A stretch of DNA of 64,000 nucleotides. It comes from a virus (Duplodnaviria; Caudoviricetes). The stretch is taken from positions 128,001 through 192,000 of IMG/VR virus record IMGVR_UViG_3300032312_001422. The stretch is one strand, 5' to 3'. The notes under the pieces are model-generated. The model made no database searches. It was given only the letters and a program-made list of their open reading frames with translations, and was not told where the DNA came from. Shown one piece after another: positions 54,950 through 64,000 of the stretch; the stretch's first letter is position 1; each line of letters opens with the position of its first letter. Both the position numbers and the translations under genes were made by a program.

Positions 54950-55565
54950 TGATTTTTTCTGCTATTCTTTTGTGTCCCAACTCCAATGGATGTCCTAATG
55001 GTCCTCTTGGGCAATCTCCTTGCCACATATAAATTCCCTCAAACGGCCATCCTGGGTAATGGTTAGTATCGACCCCATCACATAGGTATTGTACACTATT
55101 CCATGCACCGTTGTAAAGCTGTTGATCAATTCCATTTAGGCTAACCATGATGTAAGGTTGATTGATGGATTTTAAATATCCCTGTAATGCCAATATCTGT
55201 GAAACCCATTTTTTATGAGCATGTAAATCATTGTAGTGATATTGGTAGTATGTTTCTAGCCAAGTTAGCCCAAACATCTGAGAGTGTAACTTTCCCACAT
55301 TTACATCCATTGTGCTACGTCGTCGGTCATTCCATATTTCCATTCGACTAGGCTCAGTCCACTGTACAATAACTAGATCAAATTTGTGTTGAACAGTTTC
55401 TTCTACAACCAATCTAAACGTACGATCATTGGATGCACCACCCATGCCTAAATTTTTTACTGAGCGATTGTTTAGTTTTCCAATCAAGTTAGGCCAAGCA
55501 GATTCTGCAGGATTTGGTAATTCTGCACCCTCTGTGAAACTACACCCAACTGCTAATATGTTCAT
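54915..55565 (-). CDS. SGNH-hydrolase-like protein
   Basis: GCSFTEG; GGASNDR; GHPLELGH. Confidence 0.72.
   Translation of the reverse strand: MNILAVGCSFTEGAELPNPAESAWPNLIGKLNNRSVKNLGMGGASNDRTFRLVVEETVQHKFDLVIVQWTEPSRMEIWNDRRRSTMDVNVGKLHSQMFGLTWLETYYQYHYNDLHAHKKWVSQILALQGYLKSINQPYIMVSLNGIDQQLYNGAWNSVQYLCDGVDTNHYPGWPFEGIYMWQGDCPRGPLGHPLELGHKRIAEKINEHIRNIGWLP
54937..54964. repeat. 28-bp direct repeat, copy 1 (second copy at 55553-55580)
   Basis: CTAATATGTTCAT-NN-ATTTTTTCTGCTA; 26 of 28 positions identical. Confidence 0.8.
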
Positions 55566-56184
55566 AAATTTTTTCTGCTATGATCGTGTGTCCTTGTTCC
55601 AGTGGATGTCCGCCAGGTCCGTGCGGTGTACCAAATGTCCATTCAGTTGATCCTGAATATGGCCAACCAATGTATGAGTTTATATCTATGCGTTGAACTA
55701 AGTGTTCATGTTGATTTTGTTTTTTTATAAAATCAATATTCCAACTCTCAGCATTACACGCACTAAACATCACGCAAGGAACGGCATTTGCACGACAAAA
55801 CGTTTGTGTTAAAACAATTTGTCTTATCCATTTGGCATAATAATATCCAGGCACATCGTATGCTGTCATGTACTTGATTAGATCACGTCGATGATCTGAG
55901 CAAGTTTGCATTCTGCGATAATCCCTACCTGCCCACAAATCAGTAATACTGATATCATCGGCAAACTCTTGTCTAGCTGGATCTGACCACCCAACAACAA
56001 TCAATGAAGCGCCATCAAATACAGCATCCATTGTACGCTTAACTATGCGGTAGTTTCCAGTTGCTGGTTTACCCCAATTGGTTACAGGTTGTTTTAATTT
56101 TTTACCTAGTAATGTGGGCCAGGCCGTGTCACGGTCAGTTAATTCTTCGCCGTAAGTAAAGCTATCTCCGATACAGTAAATCAT
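55540..56184 (-). CDS. SGNH-hydrolase-like protein
   Basis: GDSFTYG; ATGNYR; GHPLEQGH. Confidence 0.72.
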   Translation of the reverse strand: MIYCIGDSFTYGEELTDRDTAWPTLLGKKLKQPVTNWGKPATGNYRIVKRTMDAVFDGASLIVVGWSDPARQEFADDISITDLWAGRDYRRMQTCSDHRRDLIKYMTAYDVPGYYYAKWIRQIVLTQTFCRANAVPCVMFSACNAESWNIDFIKKQNQHEHLVQRIDINSYIGWPYSGSTEWTFGTPHGPGGHPLEQGHTIIAEKIYEHISSWV

Positions 56185-56282
56185 TTATAGATAAATGGAT
56201 CTCTTTTACGCAGTTCTTTTAACTTCTTGCGATAGCGTAACTCTAGCTTAATGCGATTGTAAATGTTTCGTAACCAGTTCAT
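56181..56282 (-). CDS. 33-aa basic microprotein MNWLRNIYNRIKLELRYRKKLKELRKRDPFIYK
   Basis: Fills the intergenic gap; ATGA-coupled to 56184. Confidence 0.6.
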   Translation of the reverse strand: MNWLRNIYNRIKLELRYRKKLKELRKRDPFIYK

Positions 56283-57030
56283 TGAATTTTCCTTGCATCA
56301 AAACGGATGCGTCTTTGTGTGCTTGTTCCAGTGGATGTGTAGTTCCTATAGGGTATTTATTCTCTACTGCCCACTGATAAAAACCTCTTGGTGTTTTGGT
56401 TTGGTTACTTCCTGTTCCGGCCGGGAACCAAAACCAACGGCTATGATCTATCTGTTTTAACAAACTTGCAATTACTGTGTCTGCCGTATTGATTGTATGG
56501 TTATTGAATATACTGTTGTCTGCACAGGTAAACAAGAATGGTATTTGTTTTAACGTCAAATAGTTTTGTAAGTACGTTATTTCTTTAAGACTGCTGTATA
56601 TTTCCCAGTACTCTGATCCGCCCACATGACGATAAAATGACTCAGCAAAGTCTGCCACACCTGTTTGTTGAGCACGTTTAATGGTCTGCTTTTGTGCTTC
56701 TAATATATCCGCATCTTCTGTAACAAACTCTTCTCGAATGCTATCCAAGTTGGTTTGAATAGTCCATGCATTAATGGCATACCAAGGCGATTTCTTTTGC
56801 CGGGTATCATATGCAAACCTAAATTCATATCTGCCAGGAAATGTCCATGACACTAGGACTCCGGTAACTCCGCCTTGTTCACAACGTTCTATAGTGGTAC
56901 GTGCAATAGCATCGTTGCCAAAGCCAGGCCAGGCCACACACTCGTTGGCACCTAGTAGTGCTGTAAATGTGTTGGCAGGACTTTGTAGTTCACTGCCGTA
57001 AACAAAACTATCTCCGGCTGCTATAATCAT
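56248..57030 (-). CDS. SGNH-hydrolase-like protein
   Basis: GDSFVYG; GFGNDA; THPLEQAH. Confidence 0.72.
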   Translation of the reverse strand: MIIAAGDSFVYGSELQSPANTFTALLGANECVAWPGFGNDAIARTTIERCEQGGVTGVLVSWTFPGRYEFRFAYDTRQKKSPWYAINAWTIQTNLDSIREEFVTEDADILEAQKQTIKRAQQTGVADFAESFYRHVGGSEYWEIYSSLKEITYLQNYLTLKQIPFLFTCADNSIFNNHTINTADTVIASLLKQIDHSRWFWFPAGTGSNQTKTPRGFYQWAVENKYPIGTTHPLEQAHKDASVLMQGKFNELVTKHLQSH

Positions 57031-58093
57031 ATCCAGGCTTCATCATATCTATTTGCTGTTGTTTATAAGTGGCATCAGACCAGCAGTAATCAAATGTTGC
57101 TCGTACTCCATCTACTTCTATTTGGTATATGTCCAAATGACTACTAAGTATATCCCATATGTGTTGATAGTCAGCTGTTCCAAAACTCTTTGTTAACTCC
57201 ACTTGTCCAATGGGCAAGTATCCTAGACTCAATTGAGGGTCTGCAGGGTCACGGTTGTTGGCTATTAACCATTTACGAAACTCTATTTGTTCCTTGGTAT
57301 GCCATGGATTACTATCGCCTAGCAAAGTTACATCGTTGCCCCACTCTACGTCGAACTCACCCGAATAGTATTTTAATTCTGTAATAGATTCGCATACTGT
57401 TTCCGTAAGCTCTGGTGCATGTTCATCACGGAATACTTCAAACAATGTTTTGCCTATCTGTGTCCAATGCATATACACTCCGCCTAGCACACGATCATAT
57501 CCGTTGATGGCAAACCCTGTGCGATGTTCTCCTTTGAGATCATACCGCTGTGCCTGTAGGAATGTGGTAATCTGGCTTGGGCGTACCCAATAAGGTGCTG
57601 TTGATTCTTTGCGTTGACTTAGAATTAAGTTTTCCATCTCGTGACAGATATTGTTTAATTGTCGTATAGCATACTTTGTTTCGTAGTTGGCACGTCGATA
57701 ATAATCACTTAGTCCCCAGACAGTTCCTTGCAAGCGTTCAAAGTGATTGTGTAATTGATTCATTACTGCATGATTAACACCATTATCTGCGTAATCAAAT
57801 CCACGTACAGAGTCTGGCGTAAATGTTTCGGGTATAATATATTCGCAACTACTACTGTTGATTATATCAACTGCTTGATTAAGTTCGTCGCAAAGATATT
57901 CCAATGTGCGGGCTGTGCGAGGGAAGCCCATAAAACAAAAATTCTTTTCTAGCAAGCGACCACTTTGTAATTCTAGCTTTAATGCAGATATCCAATCCTT
58001 TGCCAATTGATTATCTGCAGCCGTGATTGTGTAATCAACTTGATTGTTGTAGTTTAAGGGATTACGTAGGATTACTTTAATTGATTGAGTCAT
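57008..58093 (-). CDS. hypothetical protein
   Basis: 361-aa ORF overlapping its neighbours. Confidence 0.8.
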   Translation of the reverse strand: MTQSIKVILRNPLNYNNQVDYTITAADNQLAKDWISALKLELQSGRLLEKNFCFMGFPRTARTLEYLCDELNQAVDIINSSSCEYIIPETFTPDSVRGFDYADNGVNHAVMNQLHNHFERLQGTVWGLSDYYRRANYETKYAIRQLNNICHEMENLILSQRKESTAPYWVRPSQITTFLQAQRYDLKGEHRTGFAINGYDRVLGGVYMHWTQIGKTLFEVFRDEHAPELTETVCESITELKYYSGEFDVEWGNDVTLLGDSNPWHTKEQIEFRKWLIANNRDPADPQLSLGYLPIGQVELTKSFGTADYQHIWDILSSHLDIYQIEVDGVRATFDYCWSDATYKQQQIDMMKPGYDYSSRR

Positions 58094-59387
58094 ACCATTC
58101 CAGTGCCGCAGGTCTCAAGGACATTATGTCTCTAAAAGTATACTGGTCTTTTCGAATTCTTTCAATCTCTAATGTTCTGGCCTTGCCTTTACGCAGGCCT
58201 GCTTGGTAAGTGTCAGGCCATTGTTCAGCAAAAGTGGGTCTTGTTTTGAGTTGAATCAGTATATCCCGTAACGGGCCGGTAAGAGGGCGTTCCCCAGGAG
58301 TGCCATTCACAATTTCGTCTATCCAAGGATGCAGTACATCTTTGGGTAGTGCCAACGGGCTCATAATGATGTCTGGGCTAAACGAGAACACCACTTTTGC
58401 TAAAACATCTACTCCGAGTTCTTGGGCAAGCGTTTGTATCGCTTGTACTTCAAAGAGTCCTGGTGTAGTAAGAGTGAAGTCCAAACGGATCTGGCGGCGG
58501 CTACGGTTGTATGCAAGTCCTTCGCGGATGTTCTCAAGCCACTGATCAAAATCAAGACCTGATCGAATATACTCTCCAATTCTGCCCGTGCCGTCGATGC
58601 TTGCACAGATTTGCCAGTCACGTAGCCCAGATAAAATATCCCTAAACAGATTAATACCTCTATAATTGATCCTACTAAGATTTGTGTTGTATCTAGCGTA
58701 AACATTTTTTCCATCTCCAAGTTCGATAATACGCTTCATGTAACGCCAGTGTTGCTCGTACATAAGCGGCTCTCCTCCCACCCAATACACCTCTTCCACT
58801 CGGTGCTCCTCAACAGCAGTGGCAAACTCTTGCTCTACCTGGGTGTCTTGAAACTTTTCTATTTGTATCTTGACTTCGGGACGCATCCAGTTGTTTTTAG
58901 GATTTGTCAAGTCGATCATTGCGTGTTGTCGTTGCTCACTCTCCCAAGCACTACTCAACATGTCACCGCACATGCGGCACTTAAAATTACAAAGGTTACT
59001 AAATCTGTAATCCCACGAAACTGGCTTCATTGTCGTGTAGCCTGTTGCATCAGTATGCTCTATGGCTTGTAAATACTTATGCCCAAACAGCTGGTTAAAA
59101 TAACTACGGTAAACGTCTGTGTTTAATAGTTTGTCGTTGCACACTTCGCACTCGGGTAGTGTTTCCCCAGCCATCATACGACGACGCACACTACGCATAT
59201 GATCGCTGTTCCAATGTTGATCTAATGTAACGGGAATATACTGGCCTGTGCCACTTTTGGTATCAATATACTGCTCAAAGTTTTGTGCTGGCTCGCGGCT
59301 GGCGCAACACATGCGTCTTTCTGTTTGTGGACTCAAATATGTGTGTGTCCAAGGTGCCATGCACAAGGTTGCTGGTTTAAATTGCAT
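58077..59387 (-). CDS. radical SAM protein with N-terminal Twitch domain
   Basis: LCMAPWTH...MCC...CEVC; CNFKCRMC; VGGEPL. Confidence 0.88.
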   Translation of the reverse strand: MQFKPATLCMAPWTHTYLSPQTERRMCCASREPAQNFEQYIDTKSGTGQYIPVTLDQHWNSDHMRSVRRRMMAGETLPECEVCNDKLLNTDVYRSYFNQLFGHKYLQAIEHTDATGYTTMKPVSWDYRFSNLCNFKCRMCGDMLSSAWESEQRQHAMIDLTNPKNNWMRPEVKIQIEKFQDTQVEQEFATAVEEHRVEEVYWVGGEPLMYEQHWRYMKRIIELGDGKNVYARYNTNLSRINYRGINLFRDILSGLRDWQICASIDGTGRIGEYIRSGLDFDQWLENIREGLAYNRSRRQIRLDFTLTTPGLFEVQAIQTLAQELGVDVLAKVVFSFSPDIIMSPLALPKDVLHPWIDEIVNGTPGERPLTGPLRDILIQLKTRPTFAEQWPDTYQAGLRKGKARTLEIERIRKDQYTFRDIMSLRPAALEWYDSIN

Positions 59388-60447
59388 TTATATACTCAAT
59401 TGCTTGTTGTATTTTATCAACATTGGTTTTTGTAACATGATTGTAAAATGTATGATAGAAATGATTATGATTATAGTCAACTAATTCTTGTATTGCAGGC
59501 GAGTCTAACAAATCGTCTTGATCAAAGTTATCAATAAATTCAAATATTTTTTTATATCTAATACTGTCAACGTCTTTATCATAATCCAATTTAAATTCAG
59601 ATTCAAAAGATTCAAAGCCTAATAATTTTAATCTTTCTATACTGCGTTCTTGTGATACAAGCACAAAGCAACAACCAGTTACAATTGATTTCATTATTTT
59701 TTCTGTCAAATAGGCAACAGGTTGATCATGGCAAGAAACAAACATTGATTCACATGTCCACAATAACTTAGAATCTTTAAGTACACGATTATCGAGCGTC
59801 CACGTATGTCCGGGGGCTTTGATAGGATTTAAATGTATGTGATTTAATAATTCAATTTCTTTGTCTGTGATGTTTAATCCAAATTCAGATATCAACTGTT
59901 GGCAATACAATGTAAATGTTGTTTGATTATATTCAGCCGACGGAGTATTGCAAAATGTATATTGTAATTTATTGTCAAATTTATGTAGTAACTTTGCAGT
60001 CGCCAATGCTTTATGCATAGCGTTTCTATTAGACAGAGAACCATGTGTAAATTTTCTTGTGTGAAGTTTTGTATACTCTGGTTTTTGTAAAAAAGGAATA
60101 ATTGTGTGTAGATGTTCTATATAAAATATTTTTGTACGCTTAAACTCAGGGCCTTGATAAAATTGTGAAGTTAATAAAACTATCTGCTTGTCTGCAAATG
60201 CCGGATCGTTTTCCAATCTCTGTAGCATGTCAGTATTGAAACTTTCCCCAAATGCACACAGAATATAGATATCATAGTCTATCGGTGGATACTTAGGATT
60301 CCACCCAAGGCGGTCTATTAGATAGATACGTTTATCAGTTGATATTTGTTTTAAAAAAACAAGCAATTCTCCAAACTCTTTATCCAGTGGATAAGGGTAA
60401 TTATTTAAATTTCCGTTGTATGTAGTATGGTTGGCCTTAACCCACAT
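59377..60447 (-). CDS. glycosyltransferase-like protein (TEK motif, AT-rich)
   Basis: TCESMF...YLTEKIMKSI; related to 50737-51903. Confidence 0.5.
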   Translation of the reverse strand: MWVKANHTTYNGNLNNYPYPLDKEFGELLVFLKQISTDKRIYLIDRLGWNPKYPPIDYDIYILCAFGESFNTDMLQRLENDPAFADKQIVLLTSQFYQGPEFKRTKIFYIEHLHTIIPFLQKPEYTKLHTRKFTHGSLSNRNAMHKALATAKLLHKFDNKLQYTFCNTPSAEYNQTTFTLYCQQLISEFGLNITDKEIELLNHIHLNPIKAPGHTWTLDNRVLKDSKLLWTCESMFVSCHDQPVAYLTEKIMKSIVTGCCFVLVSQERSIERLKLLGFESFESEFKLDYDKDVDSIRYKKIFEFIDNFDQDDLLDSPAIQELVDYNHNHFYHTFYNHVTKTNVDKIQQAIEYINAI

Positions 60448-61654
60448 ATCCCATTGCCCGTGCTATTTCTTCATGTGTATCCATAAAGTTTTGTTTGCGA
60501 TGTTCGTCTGTGCGTTGCATTTTAAACAAGAACTCCTTACCGTCACTGCCGGTGCCATTTTTAATAAATTTAATTACACTATCAATTTCTTGTTGATATT
60601 TGTTATTTTTCCAAAATGTTGTTTTTAGTTTGTTTAGTACCAATTCCTGTGCTGCCGGAGTCATCATTTGTATGCTCATGTGATCCGGGCTATGCATCAT
60701 ATTAAAATAGATGTCACCAAATCTTTTTGTATCTGCCCAATCCAGTAGTTCATCTAAGTAGTAAACGTTTTGTATGTTTATGGTAAAGCATAACTGTGTG
60801 GTAATATTAGGAGTGTCAACAGCCTGCGTAAAATGCACATCATCAATAATTTTATTTGCTAATTCCCAATTGGCTCCGTAACGTTCATATTCAAAACGTG
60901 AGCCTACGTTGTCAATACTAAAGGCAATGTCAACTCGGCCAAACTCTTTCCACATTAAAATTTGTGGGGTACCAGGTTGTTGTGTAGCATTGGTGTTGTA
61001 GTGTATATCAATATTTTTACTGTATCCTTGATCTACTGCGTACTGTAATAAATCAAAGTGTTCTTGTATCATCCAGGGCTCGCCACCAGTGAATTCAAAG
61101 TACCGAATGTTGGGCAACAACTCACGCATGTTATCCCAGAATGTTTCAGTCTTGCGTGGCCATGCACCTTGCCGTAACCAAGTGTAGGCAATGTGTTCTT
61201 TTTTATTAATGCCTGGCATATAAGCAAGTTCTTCTTCGGCCCACTTGCTCGAACTCCACGATCCGCATATACGACATTTAAGATTACAAATGTTTCCTAG
61301 CTTTAGATCAACAAACCATAGCTGATCTGGATCATCGTTATCCCAATCCACTTGCTGATATAACTCTTTCAAACGAACTTGACTGTGTATACGTTTGCTG
61401 TCACGTCCCGCCGACTCTTCTTCCCAACAGCGACTACAGGTTGCAGGCTTTTCACCGCGTCTAAATTGTCTGCGTAAGTTTTGCATGTATTCACTGTGAT
61501 ATGCCACTTCCAAATTGGTTTCATTTAAGTCATACTTGTTGCCCAACTCATCTGTAATTTCTTCGTGTGCCATACAACAAGGTCGTGTAGTTCCCATCGG
61601 GCTGGCTTCGATACTAATCCAGGGCAACATACAAATTGTCTTAGGTAGGTTCAT
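60437..61654 (-). CDS. radical SAM protein with N-terminal Twitch domain
   Basis: ICMLPWI...PCC...CSRC; CNLKCRIC; TGGEPW. Confidence 0.88.
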   Translation of the reverse strand: MNLPKTICMLPWISIEASPMGTTRPCCMAHEEITDELGNKYDLNETNLEVAYHSEYMQNLRRQFRRGEKPATCSRCWEEESAGRDSKRIHSQVRLKELYQQVDWDNDDPDQLWFVDLKLGNICNLKCRICGSWSSSKWAEEELAYMPGINKKEHIAYTWLRQGAWPRKTETFWDNMRELLPNIRYFEFTGGEPWMIQEHFDLLQYAVDQGYSKNIDIHYNTNATQQPGTPQILMWKEFGRVDIAFSIDNVGSRFEYERYGANWELANKIIDDVHFTQAVDTPNITTQLCFTINIQNVYYLDELLDWADTKRFGDIYFNMMHSPDHMSIQMMTPAAQELVLNKLKTTFWKNNKYQQEIDSVIKFIKNGTGSDGKEFLFKMQRTDEHRKQNFMDTHEEIARAMGYVG

Positions 61655-62984
61655 AATCTTTTAAATTGGCTAGTTCCGGGAATGTTTCCCAAAAATCTTC
61701 ATTGCGTACTGTATCTAGTTTAGCACACTCCTCAACAAAGCGTGGCCACAGGTGACTTTGATCTGCACCTTTTAATAAATTCAATGTGCTACGGAATCCA
61801 TTGGTTGCACGTTTAAGATTGTCTTGTGACTGCAACCACTCGATATGTTGTTCGTATGCAGGCACAATAACATCACGTTTAAACTGTTCTGGAAAGATAT
61901 CTATGCGATACCATTCCGGGCTTTGGCAAATATTTACATTAAAGTCTTTGGCTTTAATCAGCCCCAACTCAGTCCACTCTCGATGGAAATCCAAAACGTG
62001 CAACACATTCATTGAACTGATAGTGGCACTGATATAAAAGTCCACATGCGGCACTTCTGCCTGCATGCGTTGACGGTTATCCACGGCTTGTGCCCAATCT
62101 GTTCCTTTACGCATCAGCTCGGCTCTGACTCCCGATGCATCTAGGCTGGCGCCAACACTAACATTCTTAAAGTGTTTCCAATAATCAAACACATGTTTAT
62201 CTTTGTAAGCCAACTCGCTGAAATTGGTGTTGTACTGAATACGCACATCTGTTTTACCGGCTTCAATCAACTTCTCCAGCAAGTAATAATGTTCTTTCAT
62301 AATTAGGGGTTCGCCACCAGCAAAGTACACCTGTTCAAGATGAGGTATGTGTGGCTCCATCTGTGCTAGCATACCGTCTTCGTCTCCGGTGGTGTACTCT
62401 ACACGAGCCATATCACGGCCAAGCACATCAGGAACACGATTATACAACTTGACATGATCGTTAAACCAGTTACTGCTGAAAATAGGCCCACAGCTGCGAC
62501 AACGGAAGTTACAAAGGTTGCTAAAACGAACGTCCCAATAACGTATTTTGAATTCAGGATTTGTGCCATCATCTTGTGTCCTTTCGATTTCATCTATATG
62601 ATGTCCATAGTTACGATTGGCATCGTTACGCATACTAAAAAATCCGTTGCGTTCTTGTTCGTAACATTTATTACACTCTTTACTCTTGATTTCTGTAACC
62701 ATGTTCTTACGCAGGTTACGATATGGTTCTTGATTCCACACTTGTTCCATGGTGTTTTTACGCAGGTCTCCAACTGGATGCCAATAGTCTGCTACACAAC
62801 AAGGATAAGCACGGCCATCCGGAAAAGCATGTAAGTGCATCCAAGGCAACATACAAAATGTTTCGCTTTTCATTAATAAATCTTGTTGTGTTTCACTGAG
62901 TTTGTCAGGTTCAATAAAATAAGGTTTACGTGCCATGTAGTCGTAACCCTTGTTGTAAAAGTCTTTTGTTGTATTTTCACTCAT
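61641..62984 (-). CDS. radical SAM protein with N-terminal Twitch domain
   Basis: FCMLPWMH...PCC...CNKC; CNFRCRSC; AGGEPL. Confidence 0.88.
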   Translation of the reverse strand: MSENTTKDFYNKGYDYMARKPYFIEPDKLSETQQDLLMKSETFCMLPWMHLHAFPDGRAYPCCVADYWHPVGDLRKNTMEQVWNQEPYRNLRKNMVTEIKSKECNKCYEQERNGFFSMRNDANRNYGHHIDEIERTQDDGTNPEFKIRYWDVRFSNLCNFRCRSCGPIFSSNWFNDHVKLYNRVPDVLGRDMARVEYTTGDEDGMLAQMEPHIPHLEQVYFAGGEPLIMKEHYYLLEKLIEAGKTDVRIQYNTNFSELAYKDKHVFDYWKHFKNVSVGASLDASGVRAELMRKGTDWAQAVDNRQRMQAEVPHVDFYISATISSMNVLHVLDFHREWTELGLIKAKDFNVNICQSPEWYRIDIFPEQFKRDVIVPAYEQHIEWLQSQDNLKRATNGFRSTLNLLKGADQSHLWPRFVEECAKLDTVRNEDFWETFPELANLKDYEPT

Positions 62985-63735
62985 ATAGTATATCTTTGTT
63001 TGTTAGTTGTGGTATTAGTATTTCTCGTAACCATCCTTCTGTTGCTTCTGGAAACTTAGGATGGAAATGATCATCTTCTAAATATTTGCGTTTTCTAGCC
63101 CAGTCGCCGTAGTAGTCGTCGTCATGTAACGGCAACCACGGTTCTTTGTCTAAGGACAAATTTAATTTAGCAAGTTCGGCACCGAAGTCAGCAAAATGCG
63201 GCGATGGAAAACTGTGTTTTTTATAATTCAAAAATGATGTATAACAATATGTGTATTGGTTAATCTTTAGATAGTTAGATAAATTTTGCATTGCCAACCA
63301 ACTGTGCAATGTTAAACTGTGGATAGACTGATATTTTGAATAGTCCACCAATGTTTTTATCAACGGTGTTGGGTTTTTTGCATTCCACCAGGCCCCGCCT
63401 ACTACAAGTTCATTGTAATCATCGTATTGGTAATTGAATGAATACTCTGTTGAAAAATTTGAATTTTTAGCATCAGTGATCCAGTCAATTCTGTTGATAC
63501 CGGACCACATTGCAATTACCAAGGTATCTTCTGTTGGTAATTTGTTCTTTTCTAGGTAAAGCATGATGCTTTTGCTAATGTGATCGTTACCTACTCCGGA
63601 TATGGCAAGATTATGTATCTGCATGCCGGTCCAGTCAGCTAACAAATTTGCCCAGCTCGAATGTCCGGGTATACGTCCTGTGTGATGCGTAAAACTACAC
63701 CCCGAAACTACTAAATGTTTAAATTTAGATTTCAT
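62977..63735 (-). CDS. SGNH-hydrolase-like protein
   Basis: SGCSFT; GVGND; DHFHP. Confidence 0.68.
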   Translation of the reverse strand: MKSKFKHLVVSGCSFTHHTGRIPGHSSWANLLADWTGMQIHNLAISGVGNDHISKSIMLYLEKNKLPTEDTLVIAMWSGINRIDWITDAKNSNFSTEYSFNYQYDDYNELVVGGAWWNAKNPTPLIKTLVDYSKYQSIHSLTLHSWLAMQNLSNYLKINQYTYCYTSFLNYKKHSFPSPHFADFGAELAKLNLSLDKEPWLPLHDDDYYGDWARKRKYLEDDHFHPKFPEATEGWLREILIPQLTNKDILYE

Positions 63736-64000
63736 TGTACCACTCTGCCAAATTGGAGAACGTCTCTACAAAGTTCTTACTGCGACGTTGATCGTATTGT
63801 GTAAAAAATTGTTTGAAGTCCTGTTGTAGTATACTTTGTTCTGCAGCACCCACATGCGGAGTTATAACCACATCAAGATAATCAATCAGGCGTTTTAATT
63901 GGTCAATTTCAAACGCATGGAACACACCAAAGTCTTTGTGCGTTTTATAAAATTCACTTAATTTTGTTCTGTATTGTGTTCGAATTGTGTCTGGTAGTAC
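63725..64000 (-). CDS. C-terminal part of a truncated gene, probably another radical SAM paralog
   Basis: Frame is open to the window end; C-terminus YDQRRSKNFVETF resembles LDTVRNEDFWETF of 61641. Confidence 0.55.
   Translation of the reverse strand, partial: VLPDTIRTQYRTKLSEFYKTHKDFGVFHAFEIDQLKRLIDYLDVVITPHVGAAEQSILQQDFKQFFTQYDQRRSKNFVETFSNLAEWYNEI

Noticed and set aside
484-63925. Numerous 60-165 aa ORF-track entries antisense or out-of-frame to long genes (e.g. 484-882, 18610-19149, 50247-50744)
   Set aside because: They are fully nested shadows of well-supported CDSs, with no RBS or motifs.
1-64000. tRNA genes, CRISPR arrays, IS elements or transposases
   Set aside because: No cloverleaf with T-loop GTTCRA, no regularly spaced repeat array and no transposase motif was found by eye. 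tRNAscan-SE and CRISPR finders would be decisive.
1-64000. Stop-codon reassignment
   Set aside because: Long conserved genes read through intact in code 11 and end on TAA, TGA and TAG.
1-64000. Eukaryotic giant virus or bacterial chromosome origin
   Set aside because: SD sites, sigma70 and T4-late-like promoters, ATGA coupling, a T4-type replication set and many small orphan ORFs fit a large phage.

Overview
This window is a gene-dense segment of a large dsDNA bacteriophage (jumbo or T4-like myovirus type) in the standard genetic code. It has Shine-Dalgarno sites, ATGA/TAATG overlaps, sigma70-type promoters and T4-late-like TAAATA elements. Transcription is mostly + strand to about 48.9 kb and - strand after about 51.9 kb. 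Core genes are a family B DNA polymerase, a probable sliding clamp, a 5'-3' exonuclease, DHFR, thymidylate synthase and a MoxR/VWA pair. The main accessory systems are: (1) a 7-deazaguanine pathway (FolE, QueD, QueE, a QueD-like LxxxHRHxF protein, a TGT/DpdA-like transglycosylase) linked to a glycosyltransferase, a purine phosphoribosyltransferase and a MazG-like enzyme, with a riboswitch-like leader on queD; (2) modular proteins at 1-4 kb whose N-termini and linkers resemble T4 capsid-targeting and prohead-protease sites; (3) a promoter-led cassette of nuclease-like genes plus an ABC-ATPase/GNAT (Mom-like) fusion; (4) a large tailoring arsenal of five full radical SAM enzymes besides QueE plus one probable partial copy, nine SGNH-like paralogs, a carbamoyltransferase, a sulfotransferase, an APS-kinase fusion, glycosyltransferase-like proteins, epimerases, DegT and an acyl-CoA ligase. 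Several structured intergenic RNA candidates are present. No tRNA, CRISPR array, intron or IS element was recognised. All family calls come from motif recognition by eye, not database searches.
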